Source of the DNA: Clostridia bacterium
Lineage (GTDB): Bacteria > Bacillota > Clostridia > UMGS1883 > UMGS1540
DNA length: 64,000 nt
Direction of reading: 5' to 3'
Assembly (NCBI GenBank): GCA_045535515.1
Contig: JAZSLT010000016.1
Coordinates: 11,598-75,597 of the forward strand
In this document: piece by piece, positions 27,804-36,675 of the stretch
How the letters are laid out: every line of letters starts with the position of its first letter
How positions within the stretch are numbered: position 1 is the first letter of the stretch
Position numbers and translations under genes: made by a program
The notes under the pieces: model-generated
Databases searched by the model: none
Seen by the model: only the letters and a program-made list of their open reading frames with translations
What the model was told of the DNA's origin: nothing

Positions 27804-29768
27804 TCAGTTCTCCTTTTTCTCAGTTTCCGGATAGGCGATGCGGCTGTGAAAATAGCCGCAGAATACATGGACAAATGCCGATTCTATCGTTTCTATATCG
27901 CGAAGCGCAAGGCCGCTTTCCCCGAGCTGGCCGTCCTCGAGCTTTCCCTTTACAATTTTCTGCACCATATCCCGTATGGCAGGCTCGTTTTTATCCTCCA
28001 GCGCGCGAACCGCCGCCTCGACAGAGTCCGCTAGCATGACGATAGCCTCCTCGCGCGTTTGGGGGCGCGGGCCTGCGTAGCGGAACTTTTCTTCCTCGGC
28101 CTCCCCTTCGTTTTCGATTTTCGCCTTGTGGTAGAAGAAGGAAACGAGAGAGGTGCCGTGGTGCGAGGCAATAATGCTGCGGATGGCACCGGGCAAACGA
28201 TGCTGCCTTGCCAGCTCCGAGCCTTCTTTTACATGCGAAAGAATAATGGAGGCGCTCAGAAGCGGGTTCATTTTATCATGCGGATTTTCGGCGTATTGAT
28301 TTTCTTTGAAATACTGGGGGCGGCGCAGCTTGCCGACATCGTGATAGTACGCACCGGTGCGACAGAGGAGCGCGTTGCCGCCAACGGCCTCACAAGCCAC
28401 CTCGGCGAGATTTCCTACCATAAGGCTATGATGGTAGGTGCCGGGCGCCTCCGTGAGAAGGCGCTTTAGGAGCGGCTGGTCGGGATTTGAAAGCTCTAAA
28501 AGCTTAAAAGGGGTAGTGACATCAAAGGCGTACTCCCAAAACGGCAGAGTGCCGATAATCAAAATGGAGCTGATACCGCCGGCGCCCAGACCATATACAC
28601 CGCGTAAAAGTGCACTGCGTATTTCGAGTCCCTCCAAAATGCCGATGGAAAAATATAAGGCAAGCTGGCAGAGCGACTGGATAACAGCCGACAGAACAAG
28701 CGTATGGCGAAGACCGGGGCGCGTAAACACAAAAGCAGAAAGCGTGCCGGAGAGAATAAGACAGGATAAACAGTAAATATCGCCCTCGAAAATCAAAACG
28801 GACAAAATGGAAATAACGAGATTATAGATAACGGCAAAGCGGATATCCACCAAAATCGCAAGGAGCGCCGCGCCGGCAATAACCGGCAGGAGATAGGGGC
28901 TGACCGTGCGTGCGATGCCTGCAGAGCTGAGCAAAACGGTAAGCGCAAAGATGATGGCAATCATAAGGAGAAGGCCGTCGTTTTTCAGGCATTCGTGCGC
29001 GTAGCGGCGCATGTAAAAATACAAAATAGCATAGCAGAAGGCAAGGAGCAAAAAGGCGCCGACAATGCTGACTACAGGAAGACCGCGCGCGTCCGACTCT
29101 ACCATGCCAAGGGCCGCGAGAACTTCAAATTGTGCCTCCGTGAGGATATCCCCTTTGCGCACAATTACCTGGTTTGCCTTATATGTAACTTCTTCTACGC
29201 TGCTGCGGAGCGCAAGCCGCGCCTCCTCCGTTTTTTCCGCATTGTATACCTTGTTTTCTACAAGCGTTGCCGAAAGAAGCGAAAGCGCCAGTTCCGTATG
29301 GCGCGTGCTTGCTGAAAGAGAGGCGCGCGCTTCCTCGAGTGCCGCGTCCTTATCGGTTATGCCGTTTTCCAAAAGGGTGGCTTGCGTTTGTGAAACAAGC
29401 GCGGAAAACGAAGAAAAGGCGGTATCCTCCATGGATAAAAGCGGTGCGATATCAACATCCGCCGGCCCGTTTTCCGTTATCCGGTCGCCTTCGGTGCGGC
29501 GCTTTTCGGCAAAGGCAAAAATATCGCGGAGTGCTTTTTCGGCATCGCGCGTGGCCTCCGGCAAAATATCATATTTGTCCTGCAAATCGGCCTCGGCTTC
29601 CGTACGCCGTTTTTCGGTGGTCAGCTCGTCCACAATTTCGCGCGGGGCATAAATATCCGCCGGCGCGGCGCGGCCGGCCGCAAGGTCATACTGTGTGGGG
29701 CGAAGCCCATTTACAACCAGCAGAAAGGTCACAACAAAGGAAAGAACGACAATGATTATTTTTTTCAT
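27804..29768 (-). CDS. pgpH: 7TM-receptor HD phosphohydrolase (PgpH/YqfF-type, c-di-AMP phosphodiesterase family)
   Basis: 654 aa with N-terminal extracellular domain, 7 TM helices and C-terminal HD domain (HHSLMVGNLAE...HDVGK). Confidence 0.75.
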   Translation of the reverse strand: MKKIIIVVLSFVVTFLLVVNGLRPTQYDLAAGRAAPADIYAPREIVDELTTEKRRTEAEADLQDKYDILPEATRDAEKALRDIFAFAEKRRTEGDRITENGPADVDIAPLLSMEDTAFSSFSALVSQTQATLLENGITDKDAALEEARASLSASTRHTELALSLLSATLVENKVYNAEKTEEARLALRSSVEEVTYKANQVIVRKGDILTEAQFEVLAALGMVESDARGLPVVSIVGAFLLLAFCYAILYFYMRRYAHECLKNDGLLLMIAIIFALTVLLSSAGIARTVSPYLLPVIAGAALLAILVDIRFAVIYNLVISILSVLIFEGDIYCLSCLILSGTLSAFVFTRPGLRHTLVLSAVIQSLCQLALYFSIGILEGLEIRSALLRGVYGLGAGGISSILIIGTLPFWEYAFDVTTPFKLLELSNPDQPLLKRLLTEAPGTYHHSLMVGNLAEVACEAVGGNALLCRTGAYYHDVGKLRRPQYFKENQYAENPHDKMNPLLSASIILSHVKEGSELARQHRLPGAIRSIIASHHGTSLVSFFYHKAKIENEGEAEEEKFRYAGPRPQTREEAIVMLADSVEAAVRALEDKNEPAIRDMVQKIVKGKLEDGQLGESGLALRDIETIESAFVHVFCGYFHSRIAYPETEKKEN

Positions 29769-29779
29769 ACTGTTTTCCC

Positions 29780-30739
29780 TTACTTTCGTTTATTCGCATT
29801 TCTTTCGTAGGCATCAATAATTTTCTGTACCAACGGATGACGGACAACATCCTTCGCCGTCAGCTGTACGAAGGAAATTCCTTCAATATTTTTAAGAATG
29901 GGAATAACATCCCGAAGGCCCGACCGTTTTCCGTCCGGCAGGTCAACCTGCGTGATGTCGCCGGTAATAATCGCCTTGGAACCAAACCCGATACGCGTTA
30001 AAAACATTTTCATCTGCTCGGGCGTTGTGTTTTGCGCCTCGTCTAAAATAATAAAGGCATCGTCGAGCGTGCGTCCGCGCATATAGGCAAGCGGCGCCAC
30101 CTCAATAAGGCCGCGCTCGAAGTATTTGAGGTAGCTTTCCGTCCCCAGCATATCACTCAGAGCGTCGTACAGGGGGCGGAGATACGGGTCCACCTTGTTT
30201 TGCAAATCGCCCGGCAAAAACCCGAGCTTTTCGCCGGCCTCCACCGCCGGCCGCGTGAGAATGATGCGGCTGGCCTGTTTTTTGCGGAAGGCATCTACCG
30301 CAAGGGCAACGGCCAGATATGTTTTGCCCGTTCCGGCCGGCCCTATGCCGAAGGTTACGGTGCTGTTTCGTATGCTGTCCACATAGGTTTTCTGGCCCAG
30401 CGTTTTGGCTTTTATCGGTTTCCCTTTTGCGGTAATGCAAACATAATTTTCCCCGAGGCTGGCCGCCGAGAAGGTAATGCCGTCCTCCGCCATGGTAATC
30501 GCATAGCGGACATCCTGCTCGGAAAGGCCGTCGCCTTTTTCTAAAATGCTGGCAAGATTTTCAAAAACATAGATGGCCTTCTGGGTGTTGGTATCCTCCC
30601 CGAGTGCTTTAATCACACCGTCACGCGTAATCAGCTGCACATCCAGCTCCTTCTCAATCAGCATCAGATTTTTATCAAAAGCGCCAAAAAGCTCCGATTG
30701 GTTTGTGATACCGCTTATGTCAAAATATCTTTCCGTCAT
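29780..30739 (-). CDS. phoH: PhoH family ATPase
   Basis: GPAGTGKT P-loop; 319 aa. Confidence 0.85.
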   Translation of the reverse strand: MTERYFDISGITNQSELFGAFDKNLMLIEKELDVQLITRDGVIKALGEDTNTQKAIYVFENLASILEKGDGLSEQDVRYAITMAEDGITFSAASLGENYVCITAKGKPIKAKTLGQKTYVDSIRNSTVTFGIGPAGTGKTYLAVALAVDAFRKKQASRIILTRPAVEAGEKLGFLPGDLQNKVDPYLRPLYDALSDMLGTESYLKYFERGLIEVAPLAYMRGRTLDDAFIILDEAQNTTPEQMKMFLTRIGFGSKAIITGDITQVDLPDGKRSGLRDVIPILKNIEGISFVQLTAKDVVRHPLVQKIIDAYERNANKRK

Positions 30740-31925
30740 CCTCTGTTTCCTCCAATATTTCGCGTATTTCTCCGATTTCTTCTATGCAGGTAACGGTGCA
30801 ACTCACCGTAACACTTCCATCCTCGTTTAGTATGTGCGTATATTCCGTGTTTAAAACCTCGGCATCCGCCGGAATTTGTATTTTTTCCCGAAGGCGTGGC
30901 CCATACAGCGCCGCCGCTTCCTCCGGTGAAAGCAGTACCTTGTGCGTATTCGTTTCGTAAAAGGTACTTTTTTCTATCGCCAGCGGCAGATATATGCGGC
31001 CGAACAGGCAAAGCTCCTTTTTTTCCGTCTCTGTACGAGAAGACGGGAAGGGGTCTCCTTTCCGATATAGCGGCAAAAGATGTTCCCCGACGCAAAGCGT
31101 ATAGCGTACGGCCTTCCCGCCTCTATCGGTTTCGACAAGGGACGAAAGGGGGAAGGTGCCGCTTTCCCTCCGAAAGGTCTGCGCGCGCACAGCGCCTTCC
31201 GCATGGACAAGGAGCGTGCCGCCGTGCTTGGTTTCCACGGTACCGCTTATAAGGAGCGTGCCCTTTTGTACCGCGTCACCTTCTTTTACACATGGCGTAC
31301 CGCGTGTGGCCGTACAATCCAGAATAACGCCGTCCGTTTCCGCAACCACATTAGAAGGCCGCTTTTGTGGGACAATCTCTGGCTTCGGCGTTTTTTCACG
31401 CACATGCACAAAAGCGCGCGTGCCTTTGATTTCCACCCACAGCCACGAAAGCTCCGGCATTTTCCGAAGCATTTCCTCTTTTATGTCGGAGGCCTTCAAG
31501 GTATATTTTATCACACCTTCCTCTAAACCGCAAGTCCCAAGCGCATTTCTTATTATATTTTCATCTGTTTTCTCGAAGCCGTCTATTTCAATGCGCCAAA
31601 TAAACGAGGACAGAAGTGTCAGAATAAGGATAAAAAGCAGAATGCCCACAATGAAAGCGCGCCTTTTTCGGTGCTTATGCAAAAAGAGGGGCATGCCGCG
31701 TTTTTGCAGGATATGCACCCGCGTTTTTGTCTTTCTTGCCGCCTCGCGCATCCGGAAAAAGCCGGGAATGCTTACATGGATACGCGCCTTTTCTCCGTCC
31801 ACCTTTTTGATGTGCCAGAGATAAATGCCGCGGCGCACACAGAGGTTAATAAACCGCTCGAGATAGGCGCCCTCGAGTTCTAAAACAAGAAAGCCGCGAA
31901 GATAATGTAAAACAGAAAAAATCAT
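30720..31925 (-). CDS. yqfD: sporulation protein YqfD
   Basis: 401 aa; N-term MIFSVLHYLRGFLVLELEG with a single TM helix. Position between yqfC and phoH matches the Bacillus arrangement. Confidence 0.7.
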   Translation of the reverse strand: MIFSVLHYLRGFLVLELEGAYLERFINLCVRRGIYLWHIKKVDGEKARIHVSIPGFFRMREAARKTKTRVHILQKRGMPLFLHKHRKRRAFIVGILLFILILTLLSSFIWRIEIDGFEKTDENIIRNALGTCGLEEGVIKYTLKASDIKEEMLRKMPELSWLWVEIKGTRAFVHVREKTPKPEIVPQKRPSNVVAETDGVILDCTATRGTPCVKEGDAVQKGTLLISGTVETKHGGTLLVHAEGAVRAQTFRRESGTFPLSSLVETDRGGKAVRYTLCVGEHLLPLYRKGDPFPSSRTETEKKELCLFGRIYLPLAIEKSTFYETNTHKVLLSPEEAAALYGPRLREKIQIPADAEVLNTEYTHILNEDGSVTVSCTVTCIEEIGEIREILEETEDDGKIF

Positions 31926-31936
31926 GGCGCCCCCCT

Positions 31937-32215
31937 CTATTCCAGTTCGATTTTGCGGATGGAGCCTATGATGGAGATATCCTCATCGGTAATGGCCGAA
32001 ACATCCATATTTTCCCCATAAAGGCACACAATACCGGCCGCCGTATACAGGCGGATTTCCTCGCGCCCCAGCGCAATAATGCCCTTATAATTTTCGATAT
32101 TGGCCTCCTTTTCGGCAAGCACCGTAATCTTAGGCATGGAGAGAGCCACTTCCTTCGGAAGCTCTATCGCTTCGGTCACTTTTTCCCGCAAGGGGGTCCG
32201 GTTTCGTTTTCGCAT
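31937..32215 (-). CDS. yqfC: sporulation protein YqfC
   Basis: 92 aa from the internal ATG at 32213-32215 (MRKRNRTPLREKVTEAIELPKEV...). Confidence 0.7.
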   Translation of the reverse strand: MRKRNRTPLREKVTEAIELPKEVALSMPKITVLAEKEANIENYKGIIALGREEIRLYTAAGIVCLYGENMDVSAITDEDISIIGSIRKIELE

Positions 32216-32287
32216 GAAATCAGTCCTTTCGCCATATGTATATGAGAAAGAGACGAGAAAAAAACCTGATTTTAAGGAGGACACGCC

Positions 32288-33334
32288 ATGAAAAAGCTTT
32301 TGGGGGCAGGGGCGGCGATACTAGCGGTGCTCTATGCGATAGAGCCGGCATGTAGTATGGGGGCGGCGGCAGAAGCGCTGAAAATGTGCGGCGAAACGCT
32401 CCTTCCTTCTCTCTTTCCCTTTTTCGTTTGCGCCAATATGCTTATCGGCAGTGGTATGACCGCGGCCTTCGGGCGTGTTTTGCAAAGGCCCTGTCAGCAC
32501 CTGTTTGGTGTTGGCGGAGTGGGGGCATCTGCCGTTTTTCTGGGGTTTATCAGCGGATATCCGGCCGGTGCCGCGGTAACCTGCCGCCTTTTTTCCGGTG
32601 GGAGCATTACAAGGACGGAGGCACAGCGGCTTTTGGCCTTTACGAATAATGGCGGGCCGCTTTTTGTTATCGGCGTTATCGGGATGGGTGTATACGGCAG
32701 CACGCGCACTGGGTATCTCCTGCTCGCCGCCCAGGTCCTGGCGGCACTCACGACAGGCCTTTGTATGCGCTTTTACGGAAGGGGAGAGTCTATACGGAGA
32801 GCAGGAAAAAGGCAAGGCTTTGGTGACCCTGTGACAGATGCGGTACGAACGCTCCTTTCCCTTTGCGGCTTTGTCGTTTTCTGCGCCACCGTGGTAGCCT
32901 TCATGGAAAAACTGGGCATTCTCAGCCTTTTGCGCCGTCTTCTCATGGGCCTTGGCATGGGGGAAAATACGGCCATGCTCCTCTCGCGCGGCGTGTGGGA
33001 AATTACGGCGGCGGCGCGAGGAGGGGGAGCCGCTCTCCCTGCGATGGCGGCGCTTCTCTCTTTTGGTGGCTTTTCTGTTTTTCTGCAAACGCTTTCCCTT
33101 GTCCGAAAGGCCGGTCTTTCCATAAAAAGCTACGCATTCGGTAAGCTTTTATCCGGGGGTTTTGCCGCCTTTTATTGTCGCATTTTGCTTATTTTCTTTC
33201 CGCTTTCGCATTCCGTCAGCCTTTCCCGGGGAGGCGAAAAGGCCGTTTTGTTCGGCGGTTATCTCATAGCGGCGACTTTTCTGGCGGCTGCTGTATATGC
33301 CTTGTATGCGTGTATGGAAAAAATCCGGCGCTAG
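32288..33334 (+). CDS. ylbJ: sporulation integral membrane protein YlbJ (two nucleoside-recognition-like domains)
   Basis: LLPSLFPFFVCANMLIGSG, GFISGYPAGAAVT and RLLAFTNNGGPLFVIGVIGMG parallel B. subtilis YlbJ. Confidence 0.65.
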   Translation: MKKLLGAGAAILAVLYAIEPACSMGAAAEALKMCGETLLPSLFPFFVCANMLIGSGMTAAFGRVLQRPCQHLFGVGGVGASAVFLGFISGYPAGAAVTCRLFSGGSITRTEAQRLLAFTNNGGPLFVIGVIGMGVYGSTRTGYLLLAAQVLAALTTGLCMRFYGRGESIRRAGKRQGFGDPVTDAVRTLLSLCGFVVFCATVVAFMEKLGILSLLRRLLMGLGMGENTAMLLSRGVWEITAAARGGGAALPAMAALLSFGGFSVFLQTLSLVRKAGLSIKSYAFGKLLSGGFAAFYCRILLIFFPLSHSVSLSRGGEKAVLFGGYLIAATFLAAAVYALYACMEKIRR

Positions 33335-33346
33335 ACGCGCTTTCGT

Positions 33347-33375
33347 TTGACTATTTTTCGTATGTATGCTATAAT
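33347..33375 (+). promoter_or_regulatory. sigma-A promoter reading into hairpin-array element B
   Basis: TTGACT (33347-52), 17 nt, TATAAT (33370-75). An 11-bp perfect hairpin starts 1 nt later. Confidence 0.6.
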
Positions 33376-33840
33376 GAATTTAATTGCAAAGCAATTAAAT
33401 TCAGCGATATAAATTCCTTACGGAATTTGCGATATGTACTTCGTACGCGATATATCTTCGATGCGATATGTCCCTTCGGGACGAGAAATAGGAATTTATA
33501 TCATATCGCAACGGAATGAAATGGAGTTATATCGCATTTGAACGGAGAGAAAATATATCGCACGAGCGTGAGCGAGTATATCGCCAAAAAGTTGGCATCT
33601 AAATTGTGCACGAATTCTATAATGATTTCATCTTTGATGAAATCAGCGATATAAATCTCTTGCGAGATTTTCGATATGTCACAAGTGACCCGATATGTGC
33701 TAACGCACTCGATATGTTGCCCACAGGCAACGAGATTTATATCATATCGAGTTTTGAGCGAAGCGAAAAACATATCGATTTTACGAAAGTAAAAATATCG
33801 AGCAATCGTAGATTGCATATCGACAAAACAGGCTGCATCT
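33376..33840 (+). repeat. hairpin-array element copies B1 and B2 (tandem, about 242-bp period); candidate structured RNA or long 5' leader of czcD
   Basis: B1 (about 33376-33600) uses GCGATAT(G)/ATATCGC motifs. B2 (about 33640-33840) uses TCGATATG/CATATCGA. Both open with (a)TCAGCGATATAAA plus a hairpin and contain ATATCATATCG at mid-element. Confidence 0.6.
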
Positions 33841-33891
33841 TTTCTATCACCTAATTCTATACCGGAACAAATGACCGGGAGGAGGGTTTTT

Positions 33892-34785
33892 ATGCAATCC
33901 GATAAAAAAATACGCGCGGCGTTCTTTTTAAATCTCATGTTTTCTATTATAGAATGTGTGGGTGGCCTTTGGACAGGAAGTGTGGCCATTCTTTCCGATG
34001 CCCTGCATGATTTTGGGGACAGTATCAGCATTGGCATTTCCTACTTTCTGGAAAAGACGAGCCAAAAGGAGCCGGATAATCAGCACACCTACGGATACAG
34101 GCGGTACAGCGTGTTGGGCAGCGTGATTACCACGGTAATTTTACTCTTTGGCTCGCTGGCGGTATTGTATCATGCCGTACCGAGAATTTTTCGTCCTGTG
34201 CCGGTAAACTACGACGGTGTCCTGGCGTTGGCGGTAATGGGCGTGCTTATCAATTTTTTGGCCGCCTATTTTACTAAAGAGAAGGACTCCTTAAACCAAA
34301 GAGCCGTCAATCTCCACATGCTGGAGGATGTTCTGGGCTGGCTGGCCGTTTTGGTCGGGGCCGTTTGTATGAAAATCTGGGATGCGCCCTGGATAGACCC
34401 GCTTTTATCGGCGGGTGTGGCCGTCTTTATTTTCGTGCATGCCGCGAAAACCTTAAAAAGTGCCATAGATATCTTCCTCGAAAAAACGCCGGCCAATATA
34501 AGCGCGGCCAAAATCCGGGAAATTGCTCTCGGGGTAGACGGCGTTTTGGATGCGCACCATATCCACATCCGCACGCTGGACGGGTATCTGCATTATGCCA
34601 CTCTGCATGTGGTGACGGATGCGGCGCCGAAAGAAATAAAGCACAGAATCAAGGAGGCGCTCTCTGCATGCGGCATCTCCCACACGACCATCGAGATAGA
34701 AACGAGCGAGGAAGGGTGCGACGATGTTTTCTGTAAAACCGACACTTCCCGACCGCATCACGAACACCACCACCATCATCACTAA
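33892..34785 (+). CDS. czcD: cation diffusion facilitator family transporter (CzcD-like) with His-rich C-terminus
   Basis: 6-TM CDF fold, HDxxD-type motifs (LHDFGDS) and C-terminal HHEHHHHHH. ATG at 33892 lies 8 nt after GGAGG. Confidence 0.8.
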   Translation: MQSDKKIRAAFFLNLMFSIIECVGGLWTGSVAILSDALHDFGDSISIGISYFLEKTSQKEPDNQHTYGYRRYSVLGSVITTVILLFGSLAVLYHAVPRIFRPVPVNYDGVLALAVMGVLINFLAAYFTKEKDSLNQRAVNLHMLEDVLGWLAVLVGAVCMKIWDAPWIDPLLSAGVAVFIFVHAAKTLKSAIDIFLEKTPANISAAKIREIALGVDGVLDAHHIHIRTLDGYLHYATLHVVTDAAPKEIKHRIKEALSACGISHTTIEIETSEEGCDDVFCKTDTSRPHHEHHHHHH

Positions 34786-34800
34786 GGAGCAGGGAAGAGC

Positions 34801-36384
34801 ATGCTGACTTTGTATAGCGGAAGTTATGACAAAATGACGGTTTTCCCGGAAATGGAGCCGGATGAGAGGGCGATTTTGACGCTGACCTGCGGCAAAAAAG
34901 AAGAACGCGTGCCGGCCACAAACCGGCAAAGAGTAGAGTTTGTCCTTCAGAAAAACACCCTGTATTCTCTTTCGCTCGGCATAGCGAGAGCGGGACTTAT
35001 TTATCTGTATGACGAGGCAGATGTTCTGGAAAAGGGCGTTTATTTTTGGGAAAGGGACGGCGCGAAAAGAAAGGGCGGCGGCCATCATTTTCGGCCGTAT
35101 CAGGGGTACATGGGCGCACCGTGCGGTCTTTGCCATTATCAGGGGCTTTATCATCTGTTTTACGAATGGAACCCCTTTGGAGAGGAAGGGGATACGCTTT
35201 ACTGGGGACACGCGGTAAGCGAGGATATGCTATCATGGCGGCATTTGCCGCTCCTTTTTGAGCCGCAGGCGGAGCTTCGCCTTATCCGCCATCGCACGGG
35301 CGGTGCACGCGCAGGAAGTGCCGAGGTGTGCCCCGGTCTTGTGCGGCTTTATTTTACCCGCAGCATAGCCGCACGCAGTACAGGTGCGGTGCAAAGAGAA
35401 TATCCCGTATGGGCAGGCAGCCGCGATATGGTTCATTTTTCGGAGGAAATGCCGCTTCCCATAGAGCTGCCGGAAAGCCATGCTGGTCCGGCGTTTGGCG
35501 GGCCGCACCTTTTCGGGAAAGACGGCACGCGCTATATGGTTTTAGGGAGTACATGGCAGAGCACGGCGGCCCTGCTCCTTTACAGAGAAAAGGGGAACGG
35601 CTGGGAGTTTGTGCGTCCGCTCGTGAAGGAAAAAGGGGCGACCGTGTGGGAAAATCCCGACTTTTTCCGGCTCGGCCGGAGCTATGTCGCCATCGGCACC
35701 TTTGGGGAAGAAGGAAACCCGTATTGGTACCTAGGTGGATTTGCAGACGGCACCTTCCGCAAAAGGAGCCGCGCCAGGCTTGATTTCGGCGGTGATTTTT
35801 TCGCACCACAGACCTTCCTGCAGGACGGACGCAGGCTGATGATAGGGTGCATAGACCGAAAAGAATACGGAAACTGCATGTCGCTTCCCAAAGAGGTGTT
35901 CTCCCGCGGTGGTCGCCTTTTTCTGCGGCCGGCGAAAGAGGTATACAGCCTTCGGGCCCAGCCGCTATATAGGGGGCATGGCGAAAACAAAACCATAGAG
36001 ACAGAAAGCGATGCCTTTATGGCGGAGCTGCAGTTTTCGGGAGAAACTGACCTTTCTCTTCGGCTTGGTGAGGCGGAAAACGCCGTTTGTCTGCGCTATC
36101 GGGGCGGACGGTGCTTTTGGGAAACGAAGGACGGGGAAAGCGAGGCGGCGGAAATAGAAAAATTGCACCGCATGGAGCTTTTTGCAGACGCGTTCGCCGC
36201 GGAAGTGTTTTTAAACGACGGCGAGGCCGCAGGCACCGTGGCATTCTTCGGGTCTGCCGGGAGAATACAGGCCGACTTTTCGGCACCGGATAAGGTAAAA
36301 GCCTATTCTGTGTGGCGGCTGAACGCGCCGGCGGCACGCGAGCCGGAGATGGAAATACCGGAAGACGAAACCTTTGAATTTTAA
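34801..36384 (+). CDS. glycoside hydrolase family 32-like protein with degenerate catalytic residues
   Basis: HHFRPYQGYMGAPCG...YHLFYEWNP...WGHAVSEDMLSW aligns to the GH32 WMNDPNG...YHLFYQ.NP...WGHA.S.DL.HW blocks, with the NDP Asp replaced by Ala. FGGPHLF replaces RDP, WENPDFF keeps the EC(P) acid/base Glu, and FAPQTF is present. Confidence 0.65.
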   Translation: MLTLYSGSYDKMTVFPEMEPDERAILTLTCGKKEERVPATNRQRVEFVLQKNTLYSLSLGIARAGLIYLYDEADVLEKGVYFWERDGAKRKGGGHHFRPYQGYMGAPCGLCHYQGLYHLFYEWNPFGEEGDTLYWGHAVSEDMLSWRHLPLLFEPQAELRLIRHRTGGARAGSAEVCPGLVRLYFTRSIAARSTGAVQREYPVWAGSRDMVHFSEEMPLPIELPESHAGPAFGGPHLFGKDGTRYMVLGSTWQSTAALLLYREKGNGWEFVRPLVKEKGATVWENPDFFRLGRSYVAIGTFGEEGNPYWYLGGFADGTFRKRSRARLDFGGDFFAPQTFLQDGRRLMIGCIDRKEYGNCMSLPKEVFSRGGRLFLRPAKEVYSLRAQPLYRGHGENKTIETESDAFMAELQFSGETDLSLRLGEAENAVCLRYRGGRCFWETKDGESEAAEIEKLHRMELFADAFAAEVFLNDGEAAGTVAFFGSAGRIQADFSAPDKVKAYSVWRLNAPAAREPEMEIPEDETFEF

Positions 36385-36420
36385 AAAATGATGCAAATAT
36401 TTCATAAGGAACAAATATAA

Positions 36421-36463
36421 CGGAAAAGAGACATTTTTCTTTGACGAAAAATGTCTCTTTTCT
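36421..36463 (+). terminator. intrinsic terminator after the GH32-like gene
   Basis: AAAGAGACATTTTT...AAAAATGTCTCTTT stem followed by a T-run. Confidence 0.7.
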
Positions 36464-36489
36464 GGCTTTCGGCTACATAATAGATGCAA

Positions 36490-36675
36490 GTTATTTTTTC
36501 GATATGCAATCTTCGATTGCTCGATATTTTTGTTATCACAAAATCGATATAATCTCACTTCGTTCGATTGAGATATGATATAAATCTCGTTGCCGTAAGG
36601 CAACATATCGTGTGCACCAGCACATATCGAGTTAATTTTAACATATCGAAAATCTCGACAGAGATTTATATCGAT
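36490..36675 (+). repeat. hairpin-array element copy C (stand-alone, between two terminators)
   Basis: TCGATATG at 36498, then TCGATAT x2 with hairpins, then ATATCG(A) x4 in the opposite orientation. Confidence 0.55.

Noticed and set aside
29065-29755. Plus-strand ORFs of 195 and 162 aa
   Set aside because: Antisense to the pgpH HD-hydrolase gene, with low-complexity Ser/Ala/Arg composition.
21011-36675. CRISPR array interpretation of the TCGATATG repeat clusters
   Set aside because: The conserved unit is only 7-8 nt and the variable parts are self-complementary hairpins of 10-16 nt. That is the inverse of the CRISPR repeat/spacer logic. Motif orientation flips mid-element, and no cas genes occur anywhere in the window.
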